This document shows, piece by piece, positions 18,370 through 28,912 of a stretch of 64,000 nt of DNA. The stretch is taken from sequence record DRR378314_419; one strand, 5' to 3'. The position numbers and the translations under genes are program-made. The notes under the pieces are model-generated. The model did no database searches. It saw only the letters and a list, made by a program, of their open reading frames with translations, and had not been told where the DNA came from. Within the stretch, counting starts at the first letter, position 1. Every line of letters begins with the position of its first letter.

Positions 18370-19688
18370 GCGCGGGCGCGATTGGGATTACAGGTGTTGT
18401 TGTTACGCTTCTTTTGATGGGACTTCGGGTGCCCATTGCCGTGGCGTTGGGTGGGGTTTCGATCGTCGGCATCATCGCGATGCTCAACCTTCAGGCCGGG
18501 CTTGGCATTATTTCCAATGTGCCGTTCAATTTTATCGGCAATTGGGCGCTGACAGCGGTCCCCATGTTTTTGTTGATGGGCTATATTTGTACGACGACGG
18601 GGATGACCAACGGTCTTTTTCGGGCGATGCGTATTTTCCTGGCGCGCTTGCCGGGGGGACTTGCCGTCACCGGGGTTGCGGCCAGTGCTTTATTTGCCTC
18701 CGCGTCCGGCTCCAGTGTGGCAACGGCCTCGGCAATGGCCCGGATCGCCGTTCCAGAGATGCTCACGCACCGTTATGACAAGGGGCTTGCCAGTGGCGTA
18801 ATTGCCGCGTCAGGAACCTTGGGGTCCTTGATCCCGCCGAGCATCCTAATGGTTCTCTACGGTATTTATGCAGAGGTATCCATCGGTGCGTTATTCTTGG
18901 CCGGGTTTTTACCGGGTTTAATTTCCGCCCTTCTATACATGGCAATGATCGTCATCCGGTGTTGGCGAAACCCGCAATTGGCAGGCGGCGCAGAAAGCCA
19001 GCAGCAAAAATTTACCGCCACCGAAAAATGGGGCGCTTTGACAGAAGTCTGGCCGTTGCCAGTTCTTATCTTTGCGGTTTTGGGCGGTATTTTTACAGGC
19101 CTCTTCTCGCCAACAGAAGCGGGCGCAGTGGGCGCTATTGTTGCAACCTTGATTGCGATCTCTCGAAAACAACTAACGATTGCGAATTTCAAGGATGCGG
19201 TAGTGTTTGCTGTTATCGGCTCCTCCAGTATCTTTGCAATCCTGTTGGGCACATTGTTTTTTACCCGGTTTCTTGTTCTCAGCGGCTTGCCGACTGATTT
19301 GGCAGATTTTATTTTATCGCTAACCGGTGGAAATCCATATCTGATCATCATCGGCGTCGCAATTATCTATGTTGTACTTGGGATGTTTGTCGAATCCATC
19401 GGGTTAATGCTACTGACGCTTCCAATCATTCTGCCACTGGTAAATGGCGCGGATATGAATTTGATTTGGTTTGGGATCATAGTAATCAAGCTTCTGGAGA
19501 TCGGGCTTGTCACTCCTCCTATCGGTTTGAACGTTTATGTCATTAAAGGCGCGTTGGGTTCTGCAGTTTCCTTGCAGGAAATATTCAAGGGCGTTTCCTG
19601 GTTCATACTGATGGACGTTGTAGCTTTACTCATCATTGTCTTTGCGCCGCAATTATCGCTCTTTCTTCCTGCTCTCATGTGGGGCTGA
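18366..19688 (+). CDS. dctM: TRAP large permease
   Basis: ATGA overlap with dctQ; LTAVPMFLLMG, SGSSVATA, LIPPSILMVLYG, VTPPIGLNVYV. Confidence 0.95.
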   Translation: MSAGAIGITGVVVTLLLMGLRVPIAVALGGVSIVGIIAMLNLQAGLGIISNVPFNFIGNWALTAVPMFLLMGYICTTTGMTNGLFRAMRIFLARLPGGLAVTGVAASALFASASGSSVATASAMARIAVPEMLTHRYDKGLASGVIAASGTLGSLIPPSILMVLYGIYAEVSIGALFLAGFLPGLISALLYMAMIVIRCWRNPQLAGGAESQQQKFTATEKWGALTEVWPLPVLIFAVLGGIFTGLFSPTEAGAVGAIVATLIAISRKQLTIANFKDAVVFAVIGSSSIFAILLGTLFFTRFLVLSGLPTDLADFILSLTGGNPYLIIIGVAIIYVVLGMFVESIGLMLLTLPIILPLVNGADMNLIWFGIIVIKLLEIGLVTPPIGLNVYVIKGALGSAVSLQEIFKGVSWFILMDVVALLIIVFAPQLSLFLPALMWG

Positions 19689-19705
19689 CTTCTCTCCCGT
19701 GACTG

Positions 19706-19739
19706 ACCCGCCGGCCTACTGGCTGGCGGGTATTTTTTT
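19706..19739 (+). terminator. Rho-independent terminator
   Basis: ACCCGCCGGCC-tact-GGCTGGCGGGT followed by a T run. Confidence 0.88.
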
Positions 19740-19820
19740 GCCTATTACAACACGTTAAAGTTGTATTCAAATTTTTCACACCCATATCAATGAATTGTAA
19801 ATTCTAGTTATAGGTGTGTA

Positions 19821-21581
19821 ATGTTTAACGAAGATATCCATCAGCCCCAAAATTTTGTCCAGCAAATTCCGTTTGAATATAAGCAGTTCGGATTTGAAAA
19901 ATTTGAAAGACAATATGGGCGAAAACCATATTTTAACCTACTCAGAATGGTCGCTGTTAAAATAATGGGCGGCCGTATCGACTATACCGAAGAGATGAAA
20001 CGTCATTCCTGCGAATTCAAAGAAATGATCAGTGGAAAAAGTATAATTCACCCGTTCCTGGAGGTTGGCGGCGCTATCCGTGTCCAGGTTCCGTTACCGC
20101 AGAATATGGAAGAGCTGAAAATTCTTGTGGATGTGGTTCTTCATTCCGGTGCTTATTCCGAAACGGAACGGGCCGGGATCGTATTCGGGGTGAATGGGTT
20201 CCGCAACCTCTTGCCGCAAAATAGCCGAAAAACAAGCTTGGGTGCGGGGGTCGGTATGCTGCTCTGGCAGGACCCGTGTAACGCAACGCAAGCTGGTGTG
20301 AAAGATTATGAACAGTCGCTTTTTATTTTGCTAACCAGTGTCATTTATCAAAAAGCGGATGTCAGTGCTTATGGAAAGAGAGGGCGATATGGCGCCGAAA
20401 CTGTGCGCCGCCTTATCGATGGTTATGCTTATCAGCCGCACTCGGAAGATAACCGGACATATACGATCGGGGCCTTGCTGTTCGAGGAGGAAACTGGTTT
20501 TCCTTTTGCGCTTTATTATGGGACATATTTCCCTAAAAAAGTAAAGTTCAGTGATGAAAATGGGACGCAAGCAGAACAAGACACCGGCGCCTATACAATC
20601 CAGTTAAACTTTACATTTGTCAGCAAGCCAACAGGCGAAGGTGTGGGGACGGGAATACCTCTTACGGCCTGTATGATCGCGGGACTATTATTGGAAGGGA
20701 GCCGAATTTATAGATGCCCGATCACGGATTTCTATCTGGCCATTCATACCGATAAAACGGCTGCGGCGAAATCCACGGCGAAACACCTGCTGGTGACGTC
20801 CGGGAATAGGAACAATTGCCAGGCCATCGCCCGAACCGTATGGACCACAATTACCCATAACAAAATAAATAAATTCAGATCGCCTTTTGAGGCGGCAGAA
20901 TGGCCTTCCGTATTTTTTGTGGATCCTTCTACCGTGGATGAAGGTGATCCAGCTGAAGAAGTGCCGAGTGAAGGCGATCGATTTTATAAAGCCGTCTATC
21001 CTGCCTATTGCAAACTTGTGAAAGCGCGGGTTGGACAAACCCTTTCCCCGCCTATCAAAAATGGGTTTTTTAAAGAAGAGGAGCTTAAGTTTCTGTTGTC
21101 AGAGAATGGGGCTGAATTCGTTCACGAATTGACCAAAGAGGATGCCTTTGTTTTCGTGCAAACTAATCGGCAAACAGGAAAGCGGGAAAAAGTCACAGCA
21201 CCGGTTATCACTCCGGATGGCCGATATCATCAAAACTGGCCGATGAATAATCGTCATTCATGGATGCTGCTTAACCCTCGCCTGAACTGGAAGCGGTATG
21301 CAATTGCAACCGACGCAGAGAAGCAGGATGTCGGTATGCTTCTAAATCGGCAGGCGAAAACGGGGAATACCGCTAATTTGAACTATTTGGCCCATCAGGA
21401 CCAAACCAACATAAACCTGGATGTCCCCAGACTGACAGATTTTGGGTTCATCCTCGTTGGCGCTGCTAACCAAAAGACACTTGGCAAAATAATAGAACGG
21501 CTTAGCCAACAACAGTATGCTAGCGCGCAGTCTGCACCAATTCAGAAAGCACGTAGTGGAGCCCCACTTTCCACGCTGTAA
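19821..21581 (+). CDS. Hypothetical cytoplasmic protein (586 aa), possible central GNAT-like segment
   Basis: Long uninterrupted ORF with an AGGTG RBS, filling the gap between two transcription units. I did not recognise a family. Confidence 0.75.
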   Translation: MFNEDIHQPQNFVQQIPFEYKQFGFEKFERQYGRKPYFNLLRMVAVKIMGGRIDYTEEMKRHSCEFKEMISGKSIIHPFLEVGGAIRVQVPLPQNMEELKILVDVVLHSGAYSETERAGIVFGVNGFRNLLPQNSRKTSLGAGVGMLLWQDPCNATQAGVKDYEQSLFILLTSVIYQKADVSAYGKRGRYGAETVRRLIDGYAYQPHSEDNRTYTIGALLFEEETGFPFALYYGTYFPKKVKFSDENGTQAEQDTGAYTIQLNFTFVSKPTGEGVGTGIPLTACMIAGLLLEGSRIYRCPITDFYLAIHTDKTAAAKSTAKHLLVTSGNRNNCQAIARTVWTTITHNKINKFRSPFEAAEWPSVFFVDPSTVDEGDPAEEVPSEGDRFYKAVYPAYCKLVKARVGQTLSPPIKNGFFKEEELKFLLSENGAEFVHELTKEDAFVFVQTNRQTGKREKVTAPVITPDGRYHQNWPMNNRHSWMLLNPRLNWKRYAIATDAEKQDVGMLLNRQAKTGNTANLNYLAHQDQTNINLDVPRLTDFGFILVGAANQKTLGKIIERLSQQQYASAQSAPIQKARSGAPLSTL

Positions 21582-21632
21582 AAACAAGCCGCTGTAGACT
21601 AAGGGCGTAAGAGGTATTGTTACGCTCTTGGT

Positions 21633-23690
21633 TTAATTGTGCTGCTGTTGGTGGAGGGTTTTTTTCAACGCCAGTAACAGAGAGTTTCGGGTTGTGGGCT
21701 TTAAAATGGTGCCCGCCCATTGGATGTTGGATTTTTTCAATAATGATTTACTGGTGATATCCGCCGTCCATGCATAAATTGGTGTGTCTTTGGCTGTCGA
21801 AGAGGTGTTTTTAAGCTCTTTGGCAGCCGATATGCCATCCATTACCGGCATATGCAGATCCATCAAGATCACATCTGCGGAATTATCCTTCGCCCATTCA
21901 ACGGCTTCTTTACCATTTCGAACTTTATGCACCTCACAATCAAAATCGTGGAGCATGGTTTCCAACACATCCAGATTGGTTTCGACATCATCAACAGCAA
22001 GAACAGACAGTCCCAAATGCATGGACGCATTTTGCGATGGGGTCGTGTTGAGCAAACTCAGGCTTTGATGGAGCTTGGTGAGGTCTTTTAAAACAAATGT
22101 CGCAGTAAAAGTACTGCCAAGGCCAGCGGTGCTGACAGCGGTAACATTTCCGCCCATCAATTGGGCCAGATGTCTGGAAATGGGGAGACCCAGGCCGGTT
22201 CCACCAAAGTCCCGCGCGATAGAGCTATCAGATTGGGCAAAGGGATTGAAAATGGCCTCAAGGCGTTCTGCCTCAATTCCAATCCCATTATCCTCGACCT
22301 CTATTTCCAGGGCCAGGGTACTTTCATCAATCGATTTGGCTTTGCTGCGAATTGTGACAGTGCCGCCTTGCGAGAATTTAATGGCATTATCAAGCAGGTT
22401 AAAAATAACCTGCCGCATGCGCATGGCATCTCCAAAGACGGTATAATGAAGGTTATCTTCAAGCGTGCGCAGGCAGACGTTATTTTCTTCAGCTTTGGCG
22501 GCAAAGGTAGAGGCAATATTGCCGATTTCTTCAGTGAGCAGAAAGGGCGACTCCGACAATTCAAACTGGCTGGCTTCGATTTTTGCGAAATCAAGCAGGT
22601 CATTGATCAGACGGAGCAGATCACGGCCAGCGCCGCCAATACTCCGGGCATAATTGCGGATCTTATCTGGCTCCATACTTTGTTTGGTAACGCCAAGCTC
22701 GACAAACTCAGCAAATCCGATGACCGCATTTAACGGGGTTCGCAGCTCATGGCTCATATTGGCGAGAAAGTCTGACTTTGCCTGGTTGGCGGCTTCCGCC
22801 TCCTTTTTGGCAACCTGGGCTTTTTCTTCAGCCAGAATTTGGTCCGTCAAATCTGTTCGGATCGACACATAGCGCGTTGGCTTCTTGTTTTCATCCAATA
22901 CGGGTATGATGGTCGCCCACACCCAATAGATATCTCCATCTTTTTTGAGGTTTTTGATTTTACCGTTCCAGGTGCCACCGTTAGCAATCGTCCGCCATAA
23001 ATCACGGTAGAAATCAGCGTCATGTTCACCGGACTTCAGAATGCGATGGTTATGACCTATGAGTTCTTCTCTTGCGTATCCACTGATTTCACAAAATTTG
23101 TCATTTACATATGTGATGTTGCCTTTGGTATCTGCGATGCTGACAATGGCATGCTCGTCAAGTGCGTATTTTTGAAATTCCAACTCTCGCAGCTGCTCAG
23201 TCAGTTGTGTCTCCAATACCTCTTTGGATGTCCGTAACGCTTCTTCGGAACTTTTGAGTTCGGTAACGTCTGTATGCGCACCCAACAGGCGAATGGGAAC
23301 GCCTTGATCATTACGGATCGCCATGCCCCGACAACGGATCCAAACTGTTGAGCCGTCCTTATGACGATAGCGAACTATCTGATCATAAGGGTGTTCGGGA
23401 TCAGCCTTGTGCCTTTCAAAATTTTCAATGGCTAGTTTTAAATCTTCTTCAAAGATCAAGCCCTGCCATTCGCTTGCTAAATGGGATTTTGTATCAGGAT
23501 CATAGCCGAGCATGGTCCAGAACGTGTCATTCATCCACTCATTTTCCGGGTTTTCCAGATCCCAGTACCACAACCCGTCCAGCACAGAATTTTGAAGAAA
23601 ATCAAAGATTTCCGAACTGGATTGAACACGATCAAACAGCTCGGATTTGAGGTAATGTGGGGAGAGGGTGGTTTTATCTGGTTTAGTCAA
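21633..23690 (-). CDS. Hybrid PAS-PAS sensor histidine kinase / response regulator
   Basis: Two PAS/PAC domains, H-box FLANMSHELRTPLN, N box NLLDNAIKF, G boxes DNGIG and GGTGLGL, receiver domain with VDD and ILMDLHMPVMDG. Confidence 0.95.
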   Translation of the reverse strand: MTKPDKTTLSPHYLKSELFDRVQSSSEIFDFLQNSVLDGLWYWDLENPENEWMNDTFWTMLGYDPDTKSHLASEWQGLIFEEDLKLAIENFERHKADPEHPYDQIVRYRHKDGSTVWIRCRGMAIRNDQGVPIRLLGAHTDVTELKSSEEALRTSKEVLETQLTEQLRELEFQKYALDEHAIVSIADTKGNITYVNDKFCEISGYAREELIGHNHRILKSGEHDADFYRDLWRTIANGGTWNGKIKNLKKDGDIYWVWATIIPVLDENKKPTRYVSIRTDLTDQILAEEKAQVAKKEAEAANQAKSDFLANMSHELRTPLNAVIGFAEFVELGVTKQSMEPDKIRNYARSIGGAGRDLLRLINDLLDFAKIEASQFELSESPFLLTEEIGNIASTFAAKAEENNVCLRTLEDNLHYTVFGDAMRMRQVIFNLLDNAIKFSQGGTVTIRSKAKSIDESTLALEIEVEDNGIGIEAERLEAIFNPFAQSDSSIARDFGGTGLGLPISRHLAQLMGGNVTAVSTAGLGSTFTATFVLKDLTKLHQSLSLLNTTPSQNASMHLGLSVLAVDDVETNLDVLETMLHDFDCEVHKVRNGKEAVEWAKDNSADVILMDLHMPVMDGISAAKELKNTSSTAKDTPIYAWTADITSKSLLKKSNIQWAGTILKPTTRNSLLLALKKTLHQQQHN

Positions 23691-24134
23691 ATTTTGTTCC
23701 GTTCAATAACTGTGAAAACCACGTAATACTACTTCAGCATTTAATACTTATTGGGTAGTTTGTATATCTATAAAAAGCATGTAGGTAGTCCAAAATGAAT
23801 AGACAAGCCTTACCTTGTAATATTAGCAAGTTATTAATTTAAAGTTATGTGTCTTGCTTCCCAGACGAAAATTTTCCATGCCTCCAAAGGTGGCTCCAGA
23901 ATTTTTTTGATAGGAAAATTCATCTGCAGGATGACCTATGACTACGTCCCTAAGTTGAAATATCCAGATTTGTAAAATTCTTTAAAGTGTTGATTTAGAG
24001 GGTAAAATACCGAATCATCACTGGATGGGGTCAGCGGTTGTATCTTCGCTCATCTTTCCATTTTAGGTCAAATGAATGAAAAAAAATCAACAAATTATAG
24101 CTTTCCTGGAAGATTAACGTTTGAAAGGCATCAA

Positions 24135-24149
24135 TTAACCATTTGTTAA
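24135..24149. promoter_or_regulatory. CtrA-binding box
   Basis: Exact TTAA-N7-TTAA (TTAAccatttgTTAA) about 75 bp upstream of the MCP gene. Confidence 0.65.
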
Positions 24150-24224
24150 GGGGCGTGGGTAACTTTCTCTAAATTACGTTTATCTGTCGTTTTCCTAAAA
24201 GCTTCTTTCTGGAGTTAAGTTTAT

Positions 24225-26453
24225 ATGTCCCAGTTACCGCTTTCCAAGAAACTCCCGCTGCTTGTTGTGGGTATCGCTGTCGTTGTTGCTATCGGATTGG
24301 GGGGGCTGAGTTACTATTCAAGTTCCCAGGTTGTTGATAGCGGTGTATCTGACGAACTTAAAAACACGGCCAACTTTCGCAAAGCCGCCCTGCAAGCCTA
24401 TCTGCAAAGCATTGAAGAGGATTTAACAGTTAACGCCTCTAATCCAATTGTTGCGGCGGCAATTACAGATTTCAGCACCGCATGGAAAGAGTTGGGGGCA
24501 AACCCAACGGAACAATTGCAACAGCTATATATAAAAGACAATCCACACCCAACTGGTGAGAAGGAGAAACTGGATTTTGCGGCTGACGACTCAAAATACA
24601 GCGAGATGCATAAGCGATATCATGATTGGTTCCGCAACACTCTCTATACACGGAATTATTATGATATTTTCCTGTTTGATACGGAGGGGAACCTGGTCTA
24701 TAGCGTGTTCAAAGAGTTGGATTACGCGACTAATTTGGTTTCCGGACAGTGGAAAGACAGTGGTCTTGGAACCAGTTTTCGCGAAGCGTTGAAATTATCC
24801 AAGACAAGCAAATCAGCATTTGTTGATTTTGCCCCATATGCGCCCAGTTTCGATGCTCCCGCAAGCTTTATTGCGCGCCCGGTCTTTGATATGGCCGGCA
24901 ACAAAGTTGGTGCACTGGTCTTTCAAATGCCCATTACCCGGATCAACAACGTTATGCAAAATGCGATCGGCTTAGGTGAGACCGGCGATGCTTACGTTGT
25001 CGGCGGTGATTTCCTGATGCGCAGTAACTCCCGCTTTTCAGAAGAAGATTTAATTCTGAAGCGAAAAGTTGAAAGTGAAGCCTCCAAAGCCGCATTAAGC
25101 GGGCAAAGTGGCGTTGTCAGTAAACTCAATTATGAGGGAAAACCCGTCAAAGTGGCCTATGAGCCCATGTCCTTTCTGGGGACGAATTGGGCCGTTCTGG
25201 TGGAACTGTCTGAGCAGGAATTTACACAATCCGTCGTTTCACTGCGGGATAAGCTAGCGATGACAACGATTATCCTGTTGATTGTTGTTGCTGCTGTCGG
25301 TGTCTTTTTCTCACGGGGCATTGTGCGCCGCCTGGTGGAAATTACAAAAGCCATGACAGGGCTTGCTGATGGAAATAACGACACGGCAATTCCCTATACA
25401 GATCAAACGGATGAGATCGGTAAAATGGCGAGTGCTTTGGAAATTTTTAAAGTCAATGCCCAGGAGCGGGTTCGCTTGGAAGCGCAGAGCCGCCAAGCCG
25501 AAGCCGAAGCCCGTGAGCGTGAAATTGCCGAGCAGAAACGCATTTCTGACCAGAAAGAAGAAGAGCGTGAAAGAGAGCGTCAGGAAATGGAAACTCGGGA
25601 AAAGCGGGCTAATCTGATCACTAATCTGATTAAGAAATTTGAAAGCCGTATTTCCGAAATGATGAGCACTCTGACCGGGGCTGCAACCGAAATGCAGGCA
25701 ACCGCCAACAGCCTGGTTGGAACAGCAGACGGAACGCGGGAGCTTTCCAACGATGTGGCCCAAGCTTCCCAGGAAGCCTCCGGCAATGTCCAAACTGTCG
25801 CTTCCGCCGCCGAAGAGCTGTCTATTTCAATTCAGGAAATCAGCCGTCAGGTTCAACATGCAACCTCTGTTTCAGATGAAGCCGTTAATGAGGCTCAGAC
25901 AACAAGTACTTCTGTTGGAAATCTGAACGAGGCTGCACAGAAGATCAGCGAGGTTGTTGGTTTAATTAATGATATTGCCGGACAGACAAATCTTCTGGCA
26001 TTAAATGCAACCATTGAAGCCGCCCGGGCAGGCGAGGCTGGTAAAGGCTTTGCGGTTGTCGCGTCGGAAGTGAAAAACCTTGCGTCGCAGACAGCAAAAG
26101 CCACAGAGGAGATCGCTGAACAGGTGAATGGTATTCAGGATGCAAGCCAAAGTGCGGTTGGCAATATTGAGAATATTAGCCAAGTGATCAAATCCGTTCG
26201 GGAGGCGACTGTAAATATTGCCTCTGCGGTAGAGGAGCAGAACGCGGCGACGGGCGAAATTTCCCGAAGTGTGCAGGAAGCATCTTCTGGAACCCAGAAG
26301 GTAAATGATAAAATTCAGGATGTTTCTCGCCAAGCCATGCAAACGGGGGACTCAGCGGGTGAAGTTCTTCAGGCATCGCAGTCACTTGATCGGCTGTCCA
26401 TGGATCTAAAAACCGATATTGATCAGTTCCTTGAGGATATTCGGGCTGCTTAA
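24225..26453 (+). CDS. Methyl-accepting chemotaxis protein with periplasmic dCache sensor and HAMP domain
   Basis: Two TM helices; YYDIFLFD...[11 protein letters not shown] Cache motif; [14 protein letters not shown]; signalling hairpin [34 protein letters not shown]. Confidence 0.96.
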   Translation: MSQLPLSKKLPLLVVGIAVVVAIGLGGLSYYSSSQVVDSGVSDELKNTANFRKAALQAYLQSIEEDLTVNASNPIVAAAITDFSTAWKELGANPTEQLQQLYIKDNPHPTGEKEKLDFAADDSKYSEMHKRYHDWFRNTLYTRNYYDIFLFDTEGNLVYSVFKELDYATNLVSGQWKDSGLGTSFREALKLSKTSKSAFVDFAPYAPSFDAPASFIARPVFDMAGNKVGALVFQMPITRINNVMQNAIGLGETGDAYVVGGDFLMRSNSRFSEEDLILKRKVESEASKAALSGQSGVVSKLNYEGKPVKVAYEPMSFLGTNWAVLVELSEQEFTQSVVSLRDKLAMTTIILLIVVAAVGVFFSRGIVRRLVEITKAMTGLADGNNDTAIPYTDQTDEIGKMASALEIFKVNAQERVRLEAQSRQAEAEAREREIAEQKRISDQKEEERERERQEMETREKRANLITNLIKKFESRISEMMSTLTGAATEMQATANSLVGTADGTRELSNDVAQASQEASGNVQTVASAAEELSISIQEISRQVQHATSVSDEAVNEAQTTSTSVGNLNEAAQKISEVVGLINDIAGQTNLLALNATIEAARAGEAGKGFAVVASEVKNLASQTAKATEEIAEQVNGIQDASQSAVGNIENISQVIKSVREATVNIASAVEEQNAATGEISRSVQEASSGTQKVNDKIQDVSRQAMQTGDSAGEVLQASQSLDRLSMDLKTDIDQFLEDIRAA

Positions 26454-26583
26454 TTGGGAAATCGGGAGGAGGGCGTGATGAGTTCTCTTCCCTTTTTTTA
26501 TGAGCTTTAGAACTTTGTATATGTAATTCAGTCTTTATTTTCAGTATGCTCGGTCCAGTTAGAAAACGGGGCATTGGAAATAG

Positions 26584-27543
26584 ATGACTTCAATCTGGAC
26601 AAAGATCCTTAAACCAAGCGGCTGGCTTGCCAAAGTTCTGTTGCTGCTTATCCTTGCGGTGTTTCTGTCCCTGGATTATTGGGAACCCCTGCATCCCGTG
26701 AAGAGCTTTCTGGAATCCAATGTGATGGCCTTCTCCCTGGGGGAGTATCGGGTTACGGCTTTTCTGATTATCAAAGGCTCCCTCCTTGTTTTTCTATTGT
26801 TTTGGTTGACGGGGATTGTATCTGAGTTCGGTGAAAACCGGATCAAGCGGATTGGCAGCCTGCGGGCCAGCAATAAGGCATTGATTGTCAAGGCCTTCCA
26901 AATCGGTGTCTATTTTTTTGCCGCCATCTTTTTCCTGGATGTGCTCGGTATTGACTTGACCAATATGGCGATTTTCAGTGGCGCTGTCGGTATCGGTATC
27001 GGGTTTGGCCTGCAGAAAATTACCTCAAACTTTATCAGTGGCCTGATCCTGCTGTTTGAAAAATCCGTCGAAGAAGATGATCTGGTGGAAATGACGGACG
27101 GAACCTTCGGTTTTGTCCGCCATACTGGCGCCCGCTATACCCTCATCGAGGAGTTCGATGGCAAAGAAGTCATGGTTCCGAACGAAGATTTTATTACCAG
27201 CAAGGTTACCAACTGGACGTTTACCAATACCCGTGGCCGGGTTGAGGTACATGTCGGCGTCTCCTACGATAGTGATATTGAAAAAGCGAGGGAGCTGATC
27301 CTGGAAGCCGCAAAGGAGCATCCAAGGACAAGTTTAGATCCGGAGCCGCAATGCTACTTACGGGAATTTGCCGATAGCTCTGTAAATTTTCTGCTTTATT
27401 TCTGGGTTGATGATGTGAACAAAGGCAGGTTTGAGCCCAATAGTGATGTCATGCGATCCATCTGGCGAAAATTCAAGGATCAGGGCATTGTCATTCCTTA
27501 TCCGCAACGAGATGTTCACATAAAAAGTCAGGATCCTAAATGA
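26584..27543 (+). CDS. mscS: Small-conductance mechanosensitive channel, MscS family
   Basis: GAVGIGIGFGLQKITSNFISGLILL, VPNEDFI..VTNW, VGVSYDSD, IPYPQRDVH. Confidence 0.93.
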   Translation: MTSIWTKILKPSGWLAKVLLLLILAVFLSLDYWEPLHPVKSFLESNVMAFSLGEYRVTAFLIIKGSLLVFLLFWLTGIVSEFGENRIKRIGSLRASNKALIVKAFQIGVYFFAAIFFLDVLGIDLTNMAIFSGAVGIGIGFGLQKITSNFISGLILLFEKSVEEDDLVEMTDGTFGFVRHTGARYTLIEEFDGKEVMVPNEDFITSKVTNWTFTNTRGRVEVHVGVSYDSDIEKARELILEAAKEHPRTSLDPEPQCYLREFADSSVNFLLYFWVDDVNKGRFEPNSDVMRSIWRKFKDQGIVIPYPQRDVHIKSQDPK

Positions 27544-28511
27544 TGGACCATATCTTGTTCTCATACGCTTTTGATGGAAAGGGTGGGGGTGAAAAACTGA
27601 CAGGAGAGGCGATCTCCAGGGGAATTAAGGCCGATGGTTTGGCATGGGTTCATCTGGATGCCAATCACCCCCAAAGCCGCACCTGGCTGGAAGACGAAAT
27701 TTCTTATCTGGACCCGTTCGTTATTGAAGCCTTACTGGCTGAGGAAACCCGCCCCAGGATGACGGAAATCGGCGAGGGTGTTTTGTTGATTTTGCGAGGC
27801 GTTAATCTGAATGAAAATGCCGATCCGGAGGATATGGTGTCAATCCGGCTTTATGTTGACCCACATCGGATTATCAGTGTGCGTAAAAGGCGCTTGAAGG
27901 CAGTATGGGATCTGGCAGATGGGTTGGAGGCTGGCAAGGGGCCGAAGGATGCAGGCAGCTTTATCAGTCAATTGTCGCTTCGTTTGTTTGAACGGATGCA
28001 GCCTGTACTGACAGATTTGGATGAGCAAACCGACGATATCGAAGAAAATATCACAGAAGATGCCAGCGGGGATCTTCGCCATGATGTTGTAACCGTCCGG
28101 AAAAAGGCAATTATCTTCCGCCGATATATGGCCCCCCAACGGGATGCGATTAGTCAGTTGCGGATGTCTGACCTGGCTTGGCTGAGTGTGCGGGATAAGC
28201 GGGAATTACATGAGGCGTTGAACCATATGATCCGCTATGTGGAGGATCTGGACGCCATCCGCGAGCGGGCCCAGATCGTCAAGGACGAGATTGCCAATGT
28301 TTTGGCCAATCGCCTCAATCGGAATATGTATGTTTTGTCAGTGATTGCCGCGATTTTCTTGCCGCTTGGGTTCTTGACCGGCTTACTGGGGATTAATGTC
28401 GGGGGAATTCCGGGATCAGAAAACCCTGCATCTTTTTGGATTTTTTCTTCAATTCTAATCTGTTTAGTTGTCGGGCAAATCCTGATTTTCCGAAAACTTA
28501 AATGGTTCTAA
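27540..28511 (+). CDS. zntB: Zinc transporter ZntB (CorA family)
   Basis: WVHLD, ALLAEETRPR, LRGVNLN...DMVSIR, FLPLGFLTGLLGINVGGIPG (GIN motif). Confidence 0.92.
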   Translation: MMDHILFSYAFDGKGGGEKLTGEAISRGIKADGLAWVHLDANHPQSRTWLEDEISYLDPFVIEALLAEETRPRMTEIGEGVLLILRGVNLNENADPEDMVSIRLYVDPHRIISVRKRRLKAVWDLADGLEAGKGPKDAGSFISQLSLRLFERMQPVLTDLDEQTDDIEENITEDASGDLRHDVVTVRKKAIIFRRYMAPQRDAISQLRMSDLAWLSVRDKRELHEALNHMIRYVEDLDAIRERAQIVKDEIANVLANRLNRNMYVLSVIAAIFLPLGFLTGLLGINVGGIPGSENPASFWIFSSILICLVVGQILIFRKLKWF

Positions 28512-28543
28512 GGATCAGGATCCAAGCGTGTAAAACAATAACA

Positions 28544-28585
28544 CCCCCTATTTCCATATTCGCTTTGACGGATCGAAATAGGGGG
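28544..28585. terminator. Inverted repeat between convergent zntB and ferritin-like gene
   Basis: CCCCCTATTTC ... GAAATAGGGGG. Confidence 0.55.
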
Positions 28586-28624
28586 AATGACATCCCTCAC
28601 GGGTCTGAAATCACTGATTGGACT

Positions 28625-28912
28625 TTAATCGTGAGCTAGGGATTTGTCTGTGAACAGGTAATCCCTGAGTTCTTTGTCAAAAATAGGGTCTTTGCGGCGG
28701 ATCCATTCGATGGCCATTGCCGCATGTTCTTTTTCTTCATCCCGGTTATGTTCCAGGATTTTTTTCAATTCCGGATCCTTACAGGCATCAACTCGCTGGT
28801 TATACCAATCGACGGCTTCCAACTCTTCCATCAATGAAATAATTGCTCGGTGCATGTCGCGGGTTTCATCTGAAAGTTCCTGGACGGGTTCGTGGTATCC
28901 TTCGTTTGACAT
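28625..28912 (-). CDS. Encapsulin-associated-type ferritin-like protein (EncFtn/Flp)
   Basis: YHEP..LSDETRDMHRAIISLMEELEAVDWYNQRVDACKD.ELK.IL.HNRDEEKEHAAM..EWIRR.D...YLFT is the EncFtn signature. Confidence 0.93.
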   Translation of the reverse strand: MSNEGYHEPVQELSDETRDMHRAIISLMEELEAVDWYNQRVDACKDPELKKILEHNRDEEKEHAAMAIEWIRRKDPIFDKELRDYLFTDKSLAHD

